From the NCBI GenBank assembly GCA_031409275.1, contig JANNXA010000055.1, positions 128,001-192,000 on the forward strand: 64,000 bases of DNA, given 5' to 3'. A program made the position numbers and the translations under genes. Of this stretch, positions 18,151 through 27,061 are shown piece after piece (position 1 is the stretch's first letter; each line of letters opens with the position of its first letter). This stretch comes from Planctomycetota bacterium (GTDB lineage: Bacteria; Planctomycetota; B15-G4; SIAN01). The notes under the pieces are model-generated. The model was not told where the DNA came from and did no database searches. It was given only the letters and a program-made list of their open reading frames with translations.

Positions 18151-19410
18151 TCAAGAGCCTCGCAGCTGCCGCCGCCAAAGATCGAGCGCCGCGATCACCG
18201 CGAACTGCTGGACGGAGTCGCGATCGCCCGGAAACTGGCGCCGCAACGAGGCGGTGCCGCGCGGGCCCGCGACCGCCAGGTGGACGCACCCGACCGGCGT
18301 CGCTTCGCTGCCACCTCCAGGTCCGGCGACGCCGGTCGTCGCGATCCCATAGGTGGCGCCCGATCGAGTTCGGATGCCCTCCGCCATCGCCCTCGCGACG
18401 GCGTCGCTGACGACGCCGTGCTCCGCGACGAGTTCGAGCGCCACTCCGAGCGCACGATGCTTGGCCGCCGCGGTGTAGGTCACCGCCGCCTCGAGGAAGA
18501 CATCCGAGGCACCCGCAACCGAAGTCAGCGCGGCCGCAAGGCGCCCGCCCGTGCATGACTCCGCCACTGCCACCGTCGCCGGTGCCGCTCGAGCCATTTC
18601 GAGGAGCGTCGCTGCAAGCGAGCGATCCCCTTCCGCGAAGACATGTTCCGCAAGCGCTTGGCGCATGCCGAGCACGCACGCGTCGAGGCGCGCGCGCCCC
18701 GCTTCGTCATCGCGATCCGCCGCGCAGATGGAGATCACGCCGTGACGCACGGTGTCCGAGACACGCGGTGGCTCCGGGGATTCCATCCATCGCGCGATCC
18801 GTTCGCCCACCACCGACTCGGGCAGACCGACGACCTGCAAGAGGACTTCGCGAAACGGCGCGGCGCCGAGCCGCTCGCGGATCCAAGGCAGCACCGATTG
18901 CTCGATCATCGGTCGCAGCTCGCCGGGGACGCCTGGCAGCGCGAAGAGCGTCGCTCGCTGCAGCGCCAGCATGATCCCCGGCGCCGACCCGCGCGGATTG
19001 GCGATCGGTCGCGCGCCGAGCGGCACCATCGATTGCCGCTCATTGCTCGGCGACGGCGCTCGACCGAGCTTCTTGAAGTACTCCCCGACCTGCCGGCCCG
19101 CCTCCGCATCGACGATCAACGGAACTCCGGCCGCCTGCGCGATGGCGTCGCGCGTGCGATCATCCGCGGTCGGCCCGAGTCCACCACCGATGATCAGCAG
19201 ATCGACCCGCTCGGTCAGCTCGCGCACGGCGGACGCGATCGCGGTCAGTTGATCACCGACGATGCGAATCTCGGCGAGTTCCACGCCGAGCGCGCGCAGC
19301 TGCCGCGCGATCCATGCCGAGTTGGTGTCGACCACGGCGCCGCAGACAAGCTCTTCACCCGTCGCGAGCAGCGCGGCCGTGCGAACCGTCGCCGAGCGAT
19401 CGGCGGTCAC
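18151..19410 (-). CDS. cinA: CinA family protein (MocF-like domain plus NMN deamidase)
   Basis: ATGEEL..G.VVDTNS, GGLGPTADDRTR, LPGVPGE, AESCTGG, TTGVAGPGG; GTG start overlaps the tatC stop. Confidence 0.93.
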   Translation of the reverse strand: MTADRSATVRTAALLATGEELVCGAVVDTNSAWIARQLRALGVELAEIRIVGDQLTAIASAVRELTERVDLLIIGGGLGPTADDRTRDAIAQAAGVPLIVDAEAGRQVGEYFKKLGRAPSPSNERQSMVPLGARPIANPRGSAPGIMLALQRATLFALPGVPGELRPMIEQSVLPWIRERLGAAPFREVLLQVVGLPESVVGERIARWMESPEPPRVSDTVRHGVISICAADRDDEAGRARLDACVLGMRQALAEHVFAEGDRSLAATLLEMARAAPATVAVAESCTGGRLAAALTSVAGASDVFLEAAVTYTAAAKHRALGVALELVAEHGVVSDAVARAMAEGIRTRSGATYGIATTGVAGPGGGSEATPVGCVHLAVAGPRGTASLRRQFPGDRDSVQQFAVIAALDLWRRQLRGS

Positions 19411-20342
19411 GACGCGCTCTCTCGCTGCCGGACCGCGCGCAACCGCGCGGCGCTCTTGGCGAGCAGCAGTCCGATCTCGAACAAGACGAGCATCGGCACC
19501 GCGACGAGCATCTGCGAGACGTAGTCCGGCGGCGTGATCACCGCCGCGATGATGAAGATCGCGAGGATGCAGTGGCGCCGTTTGCCGCGATAGAACTCCG
19601 GCCCGACCAGCCCCGTGCTCGAAAGCACCCACATCACCAACGGGATCTGGAAGACGAGCCCCATCACCAGCAAGAGCAGGAACAGCAGGCCGAGGTACGA
19701 GCCGATCGCCACCTGCGGCCGCACGAACGTCGGATCGCCGTAGCCCACCAGGAAGCGCACCGAGAGCTCGGCCAGGACGAAGTAGCCGAACGCGAGACCG
19801 ACGAAGAAAAAGAGCAGCGAGACCGGGAGCACCCTCCCGACCATGCGCTTCTCGGCGTCGTAGAGCCCCTCGGCAACGAACCGCCACAGCTCGTAGAGCA
19901 ACACCGGCGCCGACACGATCAAGGCCGCCAGCAGGCACTCGAGCATGTAGGCGCTGAACGCCTCGAGCGTTCCGACCGCCTGCAGTTGCGAGAGCGACGG
20001 CGGCGGCTCGCGCCACTCGACCGCCTGGAGCGTGCTCAGTTCCGCGAAGTCGGTGTCATCGAGCAGGCTCTTGCGATGGAGTCGCTCGATCAGCAGGTCG
20101 ACCGTACGTTTGATCGGGTGCTCTGGCGCCGGTCGCGCCAGCCACTTCTCGGCGAACTCCGCATTCAACGAGGCCCGCGCGCGCTCGTAAGGGCGCGTGA
20201 AGAACTCCATGAGCGATTCCTGAAACGCGAACGCGGCGGCAAATGCCACCGCGAACGCGAGGATTCCTCTCATGAGACGCCGGCGCAGCTCCTCGAGGTG
20301 CTCGCCGAACGTCATCCGGACGTCGTCAGGGGCGAGACTCAC
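19407..20342 (-). CDS. tatC: Twin-arginine translocase subunit TatC
   Basis: MTFGEHLEELRRRL, ELWRFVAEGLYDAEKR, FQIP, AVITPPD, PMLVLFE. Confidence 0.95.
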   Translation of the reverse strand: MSLAPDDVRMTFGEHLEELRRRLMRGILAFAVAFAAAFAFQESLMEFFTRPYERARASLNAEFAEKWLARPAPEHPIKRTVDLLIERLHRKSLLDDTDFAELSTLQAVEWREPPPSLSQLQAVGTLEAFSAYMLECLLAALIVSAPVLLYELWRFVAEGLYDAEKRMVGRVLPVSLLFFFVGLAFGYFVLAELSVRFLVGYGDPTFVRPQVAIGSYLGLLFLLLLVMGLVFQIPLVMWVLSSTGLVGPEFYRGKRRHCILAIFIIAAVITPPDYVSQMLVAVPMLVLFEIGLLLAKSAARLRAVRQRESAS

Positions 20343-21607
20343 TCGTACTTGAGGAACTCAAGGATCTCGCGCACCGGGAGCACCTGAACGCGATAGAGCT
20401 GCGCGAGCTGCATCTCGGCCGATTCGGAAGAACCGGCATCGGAGCCATCGCCTTCCGCCGCCGCGTCCGCCTCGCCGCTCGCCGCAGCCGGCTCGGCGTC
20501 ACCCATCACCAGGAAGTCCGTGGTCGGACCCACCTTCTCGGAGACGTTGGCGCCCAGAGCGCGGAGCCGGTCGGCGACCATGGCACGCGAGTAGCCCGAC
20601 GGGAAGCGACCGGTGAGGACGAACTCGCGCGGCATCTCCGGGTCGTAGTTCGGAGCCGAGATCTTGTCGCCGCGAGAAATCGGGTCGAAGCGATCCTTCA
20701 GATCGACCACGGTGCACTCGGCCATCGCCTCGTTCACCGAGGAGACCTCGACCATCCCCTTCTCGCGCATCGCGCCGTTCTTGCCGTAGGTGAAGACCTT
20801 GAAGCGCGTTCCGCGACGCAGCAACTGCTTGCTGCCGAGATCGATGTAGCAGGTGTTCGCGGTGCTGACCGCGACGACGGAGCCGTCCGGCTCATCCGGA
20901 AGGCGGATCACTTCGAGCTTCTTCGACATCTCCGCGATGCGGCCCTCGCGCTTGCGGACATCGTCATTCAGCGCGGCGACCTGCTTCTCGAGCTCTTCCT
21001 TCTCGGCGCGGGCGCGCGCTTCGGCAGCGTTCAGGCGCCCGTTGAGCTCTTCGATGCGGGTTTTGTCCGACGTCTCCTGCGCGCCATTGCGATCGCGCTC
21101 GTCGGAGAGCTGGCGCTGCACTGCCGCCGTCGCTTCATCCTTCTGGCGCGTCATGTCGCGCAGGTTCTGTTCGGTCGACGCGCGCGACGCTTCGGCCGTC
21201 GTTTGCGCCTGCTTGGCTTCGGCGAGCTGACGCGTCAGGTCATTGACCTGCGCCTCGAATCGCTCGACCACGCGAGCGAGGTTCGACGCGTCCTTGCCGA
21301 CGAAACCGTAGCTCTCCTGGAGCGCGGTCAGGCGGCCTTTGATCTCGTCCGGACGCGCATCCGAGTTCGGATCGGTCTCGTCACGGAAGCCGACGTGCTG
21401 GGCGAGGGCGCGGACCTTGCCGGCCGACTCCTCGTACTTGGCACGCGCCTGCGCTTCGAGAGTCTGCGCGTCCTTGACCTTCTTCTCGTTGTCCGCCTTC
21501 TCAGAGGCGAGCACGTAGATGCCGGCGCCGGCAAAGAGCACGAGCGCGAGCAACACGATGACCCAAATGACGCCAACAGTCGCGGCCCCGCGGATTCGGC
21601 GGTTCAT
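20339..21607 (-). CDS. Membrane-anchored coiled-coil protein with C-terminal beta-rich domain and BRCT-like domain
   Basis: N-terminal TM helix and long charged coiled coil, then PDGSVVAV..CYIDLG..LRRGTRFKVF, then FVLTGRF..SRAMVADRLRALGANVSEKVGPTTDFLVMG (DNA-ligase-type BRCT pattern). Confidence 0.75.
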   Translation of the reverse strand: MNRRIRGAATVGVIWVIVLLALVLFAGAGIYVLASEKADNEKKVKDAQTLEAQARAKYEESAGKVRALAQHVGFRDETDPNSDARPDEIKGRLTALQESYGFVGKDASNLARVVERFEAQVNDLTRQLAEAKQAQTTAEASRASTEQNLRDMTRQKDEATAAVQRQLSDERDRNGAQETSDKTRIEELNGRLNAAEARARAEKEELEKQVAALNDDVRKREGRIAEMSKKLEVIRLPDEPDGSVVAVSTANTCYIDLGSKQLLRRGTRFKVFTYGKNGAMREKGMVEVSSVNEAMAECTVVDLKDRFDPISRGDKISAPNYDPEMPREFVLTGRFPSGYSRAMVADRLRALGANVSEKVGPTTDFLVMGDAEPAAASGEADAAAEGDGSDAGSSESAEMQLAQLYRVQVLPVREILEFLKYE

Positions 21608-21879
21608 TCAGAAGCTCCAGGCGGTTCAAGACGCAAGCTACGAGTCCGACGAACAGGCTGCCCGCAGAGCTGCGGGCCTGGGAGCGCGCTCTAGGTGACC
21701 AGCAGCCGCGCGGCAACGCCGCAGCGACCGATGCCCCTCCCGGAACGTCGTCCCGACGCCTCTTCCAGGCGACCTCCAATCGCACGCAAACCGTTACTGC
21801 AGCGTAGGATCGGCGGGCCGCCGCGGAAGCGCGGGATTAAACGGCTGTCGTTCTGGGGTGTCAAGCGGGAGAGCCGGGA

Positions 21880-22560
21880 GTGTCGACGCCGCCGTCCGCC
21901 GCTCCGAATCCCGCGCCGTCCCGGCGACCGATCGTGATCGGCCTCCTCGGCGGCATCGGCAGCGGCAAGAGCAGCGTGGCGCGGATGCTCGCGGCGTTGG
22001 GAGCCGAGTGGCTCGACGCCGACGCCATCGCCCACTCCGTGCTCGACGAGCCGGAGATCGTCGCGGCCGTTTGCAAGCGGCACGGCGCCGCCACGCTGCT
22101 GCCCGGAACTCCGGCGCGCGTCGATCGCGCCGCGCTCGGCCGTCGGGTCTTTGACGACCGCGACGCACTGCGCCACCTCGAAGCGCTGCTCCACCCCCGC
22201 GTGCTGGAACTACTCGAGCAGCGACTCGACTCGTTGCGCCAGCGCGGCGAAGTACCGGCGATCCTCCTCGACGTCCCGCTCCTGCTCGAAACGGGGCAAC
22301 TCGCGGCGCGCTGCGACCTGCTGCTCTTCGTCGACAGTCCCGCCGAGGAGCGTCTGCAGCGCGTCGTCGAGCGTCGCCGCTGGTCCCCCGCGGAACTCGC
22401 GCGGCGCGAGGCGCTGCAGCTGCCGCTCGCGCAGAAGCGCGCCGCCGCGGACCAGGTTCTGGTGAACGACGGCAACGAGGCAGGCCTTTCAGAGCGCGTC
22501 CGAGCGTGGCTGTCGGGCGCGGGCGGATTCGAGGGGCTGCCGCGCCGCAAGAGGGGCTGA
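21880..22560 (+). CDS. coaE: Dephospho-CoA kinase
   Basis: IGLLGGIGSGKS, DADAIAH, VDRAALG, LHPRV, DVPLLLE. Confidence 0.95.
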   Translation: MSTPPSAAPNPAPSRRPIVIGLLGGIGSGKSSVARMLAALGAEWLDADAIAHSVLDEPEIVAAVCKRHGAATLLPGTPARVDRAALGRRVFDDRDALRHLEALLHPRVLELLEQRLDSLRQRGEVPAILLDVPLLLETGQLAARCDLLLFVDSPAEERLQRVVERRRWSPAELARREALQLPLAQKRAAADQVLVNDGNEAGLSERVRAWLSGAGGFEGLPRRKRG

Positions 22561-22696
22561 ACCGCGCGCGATCGTGACATCCGCGGCCCTCGTCAACGAG
22601 CGAGGCACGGCTACCATCGCTCGCGGACGTCCGGCCCAACTTCGGCCCAAGTCCCAACCCGTGTCCCGAATCGATCTCCCCGGATGGAGCTTGTCG

Positions 22697-23443
22697 ATGC
22701 AACGAAGTCACGCGCTCAAGCTCGGCGCGATCCTGCTTGGATCGTGCCTTGCCCTGATGCCGGAGTCGTTTGGCTACGGCTGAGGTCCTGGATGCGGCTC
22801 CGGAGGAGCTGGCGGTTCGTCGGGTGGCGCGAGCGGAGGCGGAGGACCCTCGGCCGGATCAGGAGGCGCTGGCGTGCGCTCCGGCGGAGGCGGCTTTGGC
22901 CGACGCAAGCCCTCCTCGACGGGCAGCGGAGATGGCGGCGGATCGGGCGATCTCTTCACGCCGGGGCAGGACGGCAACCTGTCGTGGAACGGGACGCAGC
23001 CGATCGCCAACAAGCCGATCCTCGTCTACGTCTTCGATGGCCACATCTACGACGGCAGCGTCTTCGACTTCAGCAAGCGGATCGAGACCGAACTGCTGAA
23101 AGACCCGCAGGTCATCAAGGAAGCACGCGACTTCGTGTGCGAGAAGGTCTGCGTCGGAGATCACGAGTTCCTGCGCAAGGTGAAGGGGCGCGAAGCTCTC
23201 ACCGCGTATCTCACCGCGAACCTCGCCAAGCCCGAACAGCGCAAAGTGCAGCTCTTCTTCCTCGATTCGACCGGACAGTGGATCTCGACCTTCAACGACC
23301 CGAAGGCGATCAAGGAAGGCGCGCCAGCGCTGTTGCGTGAGATGCGCAAGGCGAAGGAAGAAAACGCCAAGCGACTCGCCGCTCTCGCGGCGAAGGCCGC
23401 CGCACCGGCCGCCGGAAAAGGGACGGGCGCCAAGAAAGAGTGA
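22697..23443 (+). CDS. Candidate exported selenoprotein: signal peptide, U-G-P-G-C, Gly/Ser linker, thioredoxin-like domain
   Basis: ATG 22697 with GGAG SD; in-frame TGA at 22781-22783; the frame stays open and joins ORF 22874-23443; hairpin follows the TGA. Confidence 0.65.
22794..22813 (+). promoter_or_regulatory. Putative bacterial SECIS hairpin
   Basis: GCGGCTCC-GGA-GGAGCTGGC stem-loop; the loop starts with G, 18 nt after the UGA. Confidence 0.45.
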
Positions 23444-23506
23444 GCCGATTCAGCGAATCTGCGCCCCGGGTCGCCGCGCGCGATCCGGGGCGCAGTCGTT
23501 TGATGG

Positions 23507-24517
23507 CTAGCCCCCGCCCTTGCGTGGTGGCGATTTCGGGTCGTCGGCCGGCAGCTTGTCGAGCTGCTTCTGCGCATCGGCTGCGACTGGCAGTCCCTTC
23601 ATCCCGCGCACGACGTTCGCGAGCCGCTTCCTCGCGGCGGCGCGATCGCCCGCGCGCGCGACTTCGAGCGCTTCCTCGATCTGCCCCTCCGCCTCCTCGA
23701 TCAACGCGGCCTGCAACTCCCCGATCCACTGCGCCAACGCGGCGGTCTTGAGCGGCCGCGGCAGCGACGCGTCCTTGATCCCCTTCTGCTCGGCGATCAG
23801 GAGCTTCCCAAGCTCGCGATGAACGAAGCTGCCGCCACGCTTCTCGCGTTGATCGATCAATGCGCGGACCGAAGCGAGCAGCGCCGCGTACTCGCCGTAG
23901 CTGAAGCTTGGGTGTGCCCGATCCTTGTTGGCGTGAGCCAGTTCCTCCTCCAAGCGCTCGATCGTGAGCTGATGGCCCTCCGCTCGCGCGCGCTCCAAGC
24001 CATCGGCGCCGACGAAGACATGCAGCGGATTCCAATACTCGCGCTGCGCGAACTCGTCGCGAACCTTCACGTAGCTCGCGCGATGCTCGTCGCACGCGCA
24101 GTCGAAGAGGTCGCACCAGTCGATGGAAGCGTTCGCCGCGACGCGAGGCTTCGATGGATGTGCCTTGCCATCGAATGCCGCGAGCAGCACCACTTTCTGC
24201 GACAAAGCGCCGAATCCAGGCTTCGAGTAGACCGCGCTGCTCATCGACTTGAAGCCCGAGCTTTGATCGTCGCTGAGCACGGCGAGCACCGGCACGTTGC
24301 GCCGCGTCGCCTCATCGAGCGCGCCGTACCAATCGCCCGTCCAACGCACCTCGTCGGCCTTGCGCTCGCGCGGCACCTCGAACTCGAGTCGGCGCCGCGC
24401 GCTCTGGGTCAGCGGGCTGATGAAGTCGTCGATACTGCGGCTCGGACACGGCGACGCGAGCGGGGCGAACGCGAGAGTGGCGGCAGCGAAGCCCCACCGG
24501 AGTCGATTGACGGCCAT
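23507..24517 (-). CDS. Exported thioredoxin-like protein with helical C-terminus
   Basis: Signal peptide; VRWTGDWYGALDEATRRNVPVLAV matches the Thioredoxin_7-like start; no CxxC at the canonical site; WCDLFDCACDEH cluster. Confidence 0.7.
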   Translation of the reverse strand: MAVNRLRWGFAAATLAFAPLASPCPSRSIDDFISPLTQSARRRLEFEVPRERKADEVRWTGDWYGALDEATRRNVPVLAVLSDDQSSGFKSMSSAVYSKPGFGALSQKVVLLAAFDGKAHPSKPRVAANASIDWCDLFDCACDEHRASYVKVRDEFAQREYWNPLHVFVGADGLERARAEGHQLTIERLEEELAHANKDRAHPSFSYGEYAALLASVRALIDQREKRGGSFVHRELGKLLIAEQKGIKDASLPRPLKTAALAQWIGELQAALIEEAEGQIEEALEVARAGDRAAARKRLANVVRGMKGLPVAADAQKQLDKLPADDPKSPPRKGGG

Positions 24518-24555
24518 GGCAGCTCCAGTCGACGGCGAGTTCGGATGGACACTAG

Positions 24556-25314
24556 CTAGTGGCGCCGGCCCGGCGCGCGCTCCAACGCCGCCTCCGCACG
24601 GCGCGCGTCCGCAGCCCGTTGCTCGGAACGCACCTGCTCGAGCTGCTCTGCGACTTTTTCGCGCATCGCCACGTCGGTTGCGCCGCCTCGCAGTGCGCGC
24701 TCGCCCCCCGGGGCGCCGCCGCCCTCGTCCTCGCCGCTGCTCGAACCACCGGTCTTGCCTGGCGCGCCTACCGCCGCCCGCGCCGCCGCTGCGCCGGGCT
24801 TGAGCGGGCCGCGCGCTCCGCTGCGAGCGGCCGCCGCCGCCGCCGCTGCAGCCTCGCCCGCCCGCTCCCACGCCTTGTCGCCCTCCTCGGCAGCGCGCAG
24901 ACCGGCAACGACCCCCGCCAGGCTCGCCATCACTCCGGAGTCGCTCGAACGCTCGATCGCCAACTCCGCGAGCGCCGCACGGGCAAGTCGCAGGTCGGCC
25001 GCGATCGCGCCCCACTGAGCGCGCGCGTCGGCGACGGCTTTGGTGGTCGGCCGTCTCGGCGGCTCGCCAGGACGCGGCCGAACGCGCGCTCGCTCGAATC
25101 GCGTGCGCGCGAAATCGAAGGTCGCGGCCCGCGCCAGCGAACGATCGGGCGCGTCGCAAAGCGGCGCGAATCGATCCGCGGCCTGATCCCATTCGCCCGC
25201 CTCGGCCAGCGCCAACGCCTGCTCGAAGGCGTTCGAAAGCGACCCGGCGACTTCCTCACCCGGAGTTCCCGATCGCATCAGGAACACGCACAGCGACGTC
25301 AGCAGCGACCTCAT
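24556..25314 (-). CDS. TPR-like protein (BatC-like) of the MoxR-vWA cluster
   Basis: AFEQALALAEAGEWDQAADRF TPR-like helix; coupled to the upstream vWA gene. Confidence 0.55.
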   Translation of the reverse strand: MRSLLTSLCVFLMRSGTPGEEVAGSLSNAFEQALALAEAGEWDQAADRFAPLCDAPDRSLARAATFDFARTRFERARVRPRPGEPPRRPTTKAVADARAQWGAIAADLRLARAALAELAIERSSDSGVMASLAGVVAGLRAAEEGDKAWERAGEAAAAAAAAARSGARGPLKPGAAAARAAVGAPGKTGGSSSGEDEGGGAPGGERALRGGATDVAMREKVAEQLEQVRSEQRAADARRAEAALERAPGRRH

Positions 25315-26096
25315 GGCTCGCGACCTCCGAGGAAGTGGGCGGCCACGGCCAGCGCGAAGGCGAGCCAGGCGCAACCCGTGACCCACCGCTCTTTCGTCGT
25401 CGCCGATCCGGACCGCGTGCCCGCCGCCGCCAGCGCGCTGACTCGCTCCGGTCGCGCCTCGCTCCACTCGACGGCGTCGCCTCCCGAAGCAGGATCGGCC
25501 CGCGGCAATGCCGCCGGCGTCGACCGACCCAGAGGCGTCGCATCGATCCGATGTCCTTTCGCGCTCGCCTCGGCCAACAGCGGCGCGGGATCGCTTCCCT
25601 CCCACTCGCCATCGCTCAACAACCACAGCTCCTCGCCGCTGACCATCGTGGCCAGCGCCAGCGTCACGCCGGCTCCCGCGTCGCTGCCGGCGTCTGCGAT
25701 GCGCAGCGGGTCGAGTTCACCGACGAGTTCGAGCAGTGCGGCATGGTCCGCCGTCGGTGGCGCCACGGTCCACGCCGTTCCAGCGAACGCGACCACGCCG
25801 ACGCGGCGCCCCGCTTCACGCACGAGACGCGTCTTCAGGCATTCGATCGCTCGCTGCCAGCGCGTCGGCACTTCATCGGCGGCGAGCATGCTGCGCGACA
25901 GATCGAGCACGACCCGCAACGCCGGCGGCGCCGCGCCGCCCGCTGACGGCTGCGCCGAGCGCGGTCCCGCCAACGCGATGACGAGGAACGCGAGCGCCAG
26001 CGCCTCGCACCACGCCCGCGCTCCCCGCGCGCGCCACGCCAGCAGCGCGATCACCGCGAACAGCGCCCAGAACCAATGCGGTGCAGCGAAGCTCAT
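25311..26096 (-). CDS. vWA domain membrane protein (BatB-like)
   Basis: MSFAAPHWFWAL, ALAGP, VLDLSRSM (MIDAS), GVVAFAG, PPTAD, LSDGE. Confidence 0.8.
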   Translation of the reverse strand: MSFAAPHWFWALFAVIALLAWRARGARAWCEALALAFLVIALAGPRSAQPSAGGAAPPALRVVLDLSRSMLAADEVPTRWQRAIECLKTRLVREAGRRVGVVAFAGTAWTVAPPTADHAALLELVGELDPLRIADAGSDAGAGVTLALATMVSGEELWLLSDGEWEGSDPAPLLAEASAKGHRIDATPLGRSTPAALPRADPASGGDAVEWSEARPERVSALAAAGTRSGSATTKERWVTGCAWLAFALAVAAHFLGGREP

Positions 26097-27061
26097 GGCA
26101 AGCTCCGCAGCCAGCGTCGCTCGACCGTGACCAGCAGGCACCAGCCGATCAACACGGCGACCCACAGGCCGTTGCCGAGCGGCTGCTCGATCACTCCTTC
26201 GCGGCGTTGCGTCGGTCGCTGCTCGAGCGCATCGATCGTCGCCCACGCGGATTGCAACGCGCTGGCATCGCGAGCGACGAACGCCGTCCCGCCGGTCGTG
26301 CTGGCGATCGATTCGAGCAGCTGCGTATCGACCGCCGGCCGGCCGCTGCCGAACTCCTCGCCGGCGCCCAGAGCGATGGGATAGACCCGTACCTGCTCGG
26401 CGCGACAGAAGTCGGCGCCTTCGAGCGGCTCGATCGGGCCGACGTTGTTGGCGCCATCCGTGACCAGGATCAGGACGCGCGTGCGGCCGCTGCCCGCGGC
26501 GAGGCGCGCAGCGCCGTCCGCCAGCGCCACACCGATTCCGGTGCGATCCTCCTCGCCAGCGGCCGCGACGGGCGCGGTCTGCGCGAGCATCGCCTCGAAC
26601 AGCGCATGGTCCCAGGTGAGCGGACAGCGCAGTCGTGGGTAGCGGGCGAAGGTGATCAAGCCGAGTCGATCACCGGGGCGACGTCCGGCGAAGGTACGCG
26701 CCGCTTCGCGCGCCGCGTCGAAGCGCCGGCTCGCAAACGACCCTGCGAGCGTCGCAGTCATCGACGACGAAGCGTCGAGCGCCACGAGCAGGTCGACGCC
26801 CGGGCGCTCGTCGGTCAGCGCGCGCCGAGCAAGTCGCGGATTCGCCAGCGCCAGCGCAAACAGGACGAGCAGCAGCGCGCGCAACGCGGGCCATGCGGCG
26901 GCGAGGCGGTCGAGCCGCGTGACGGGCAACCCGCCGAGCCACCCAAAATCGGCGAACGCCTCGCCTTTGGTCTGGCGCCGGCGGCGCGCGAACTCGGCGA
27001 CCAGCAGCAAGGGGAGCGTCGCAACGAAGAGCCACGGATCGGCGAAATCGAGCGCGCTCAT
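26093..27061 (-). CDS. vWA domain membrane protein (BatA-like)
   Basis: FADPWLF, ALANP, LDASSSM (MIDAS), DRLGLITFA, PLTWD, TGIG, ILVTDGANN. Confidence 0.88.
   Translation of the reverse strand: MSALDFADPWLFVATLPLLLVAEFARRRRQTKGEAFADFGWLGGLPVTRLDRLAAAWPALRALLLVLFALALANPRLARRALTDERPGVDLLVALDASSSMTATLAGSFASRRFDAAREAARTFAGRRPGDRLGLITFARYPRLRCPLTWDHALFEAMLAQTAPVAAAGEEDRTGIGVALADGAARLAAGSGRTRVLILVTDGANNVGPIEPLEGADFCRAEQVRVYPIALGAGEEFGSGRPAVDTQLLESIASTTGGTAFVARDASALQSAWATIDALEQRPTQRREGVIEQPLGNGLWVAVLIGWCLLVTVERRWLRSLP

Noticed and set aside
22781..22783. Genome-wide UGA reassignment to Trp or Gly as an explanation of the in-frame TGA
   Set aside because: Most conserved genes here end at TGA at the expected position, often in ATGA/GTGA overlaps.
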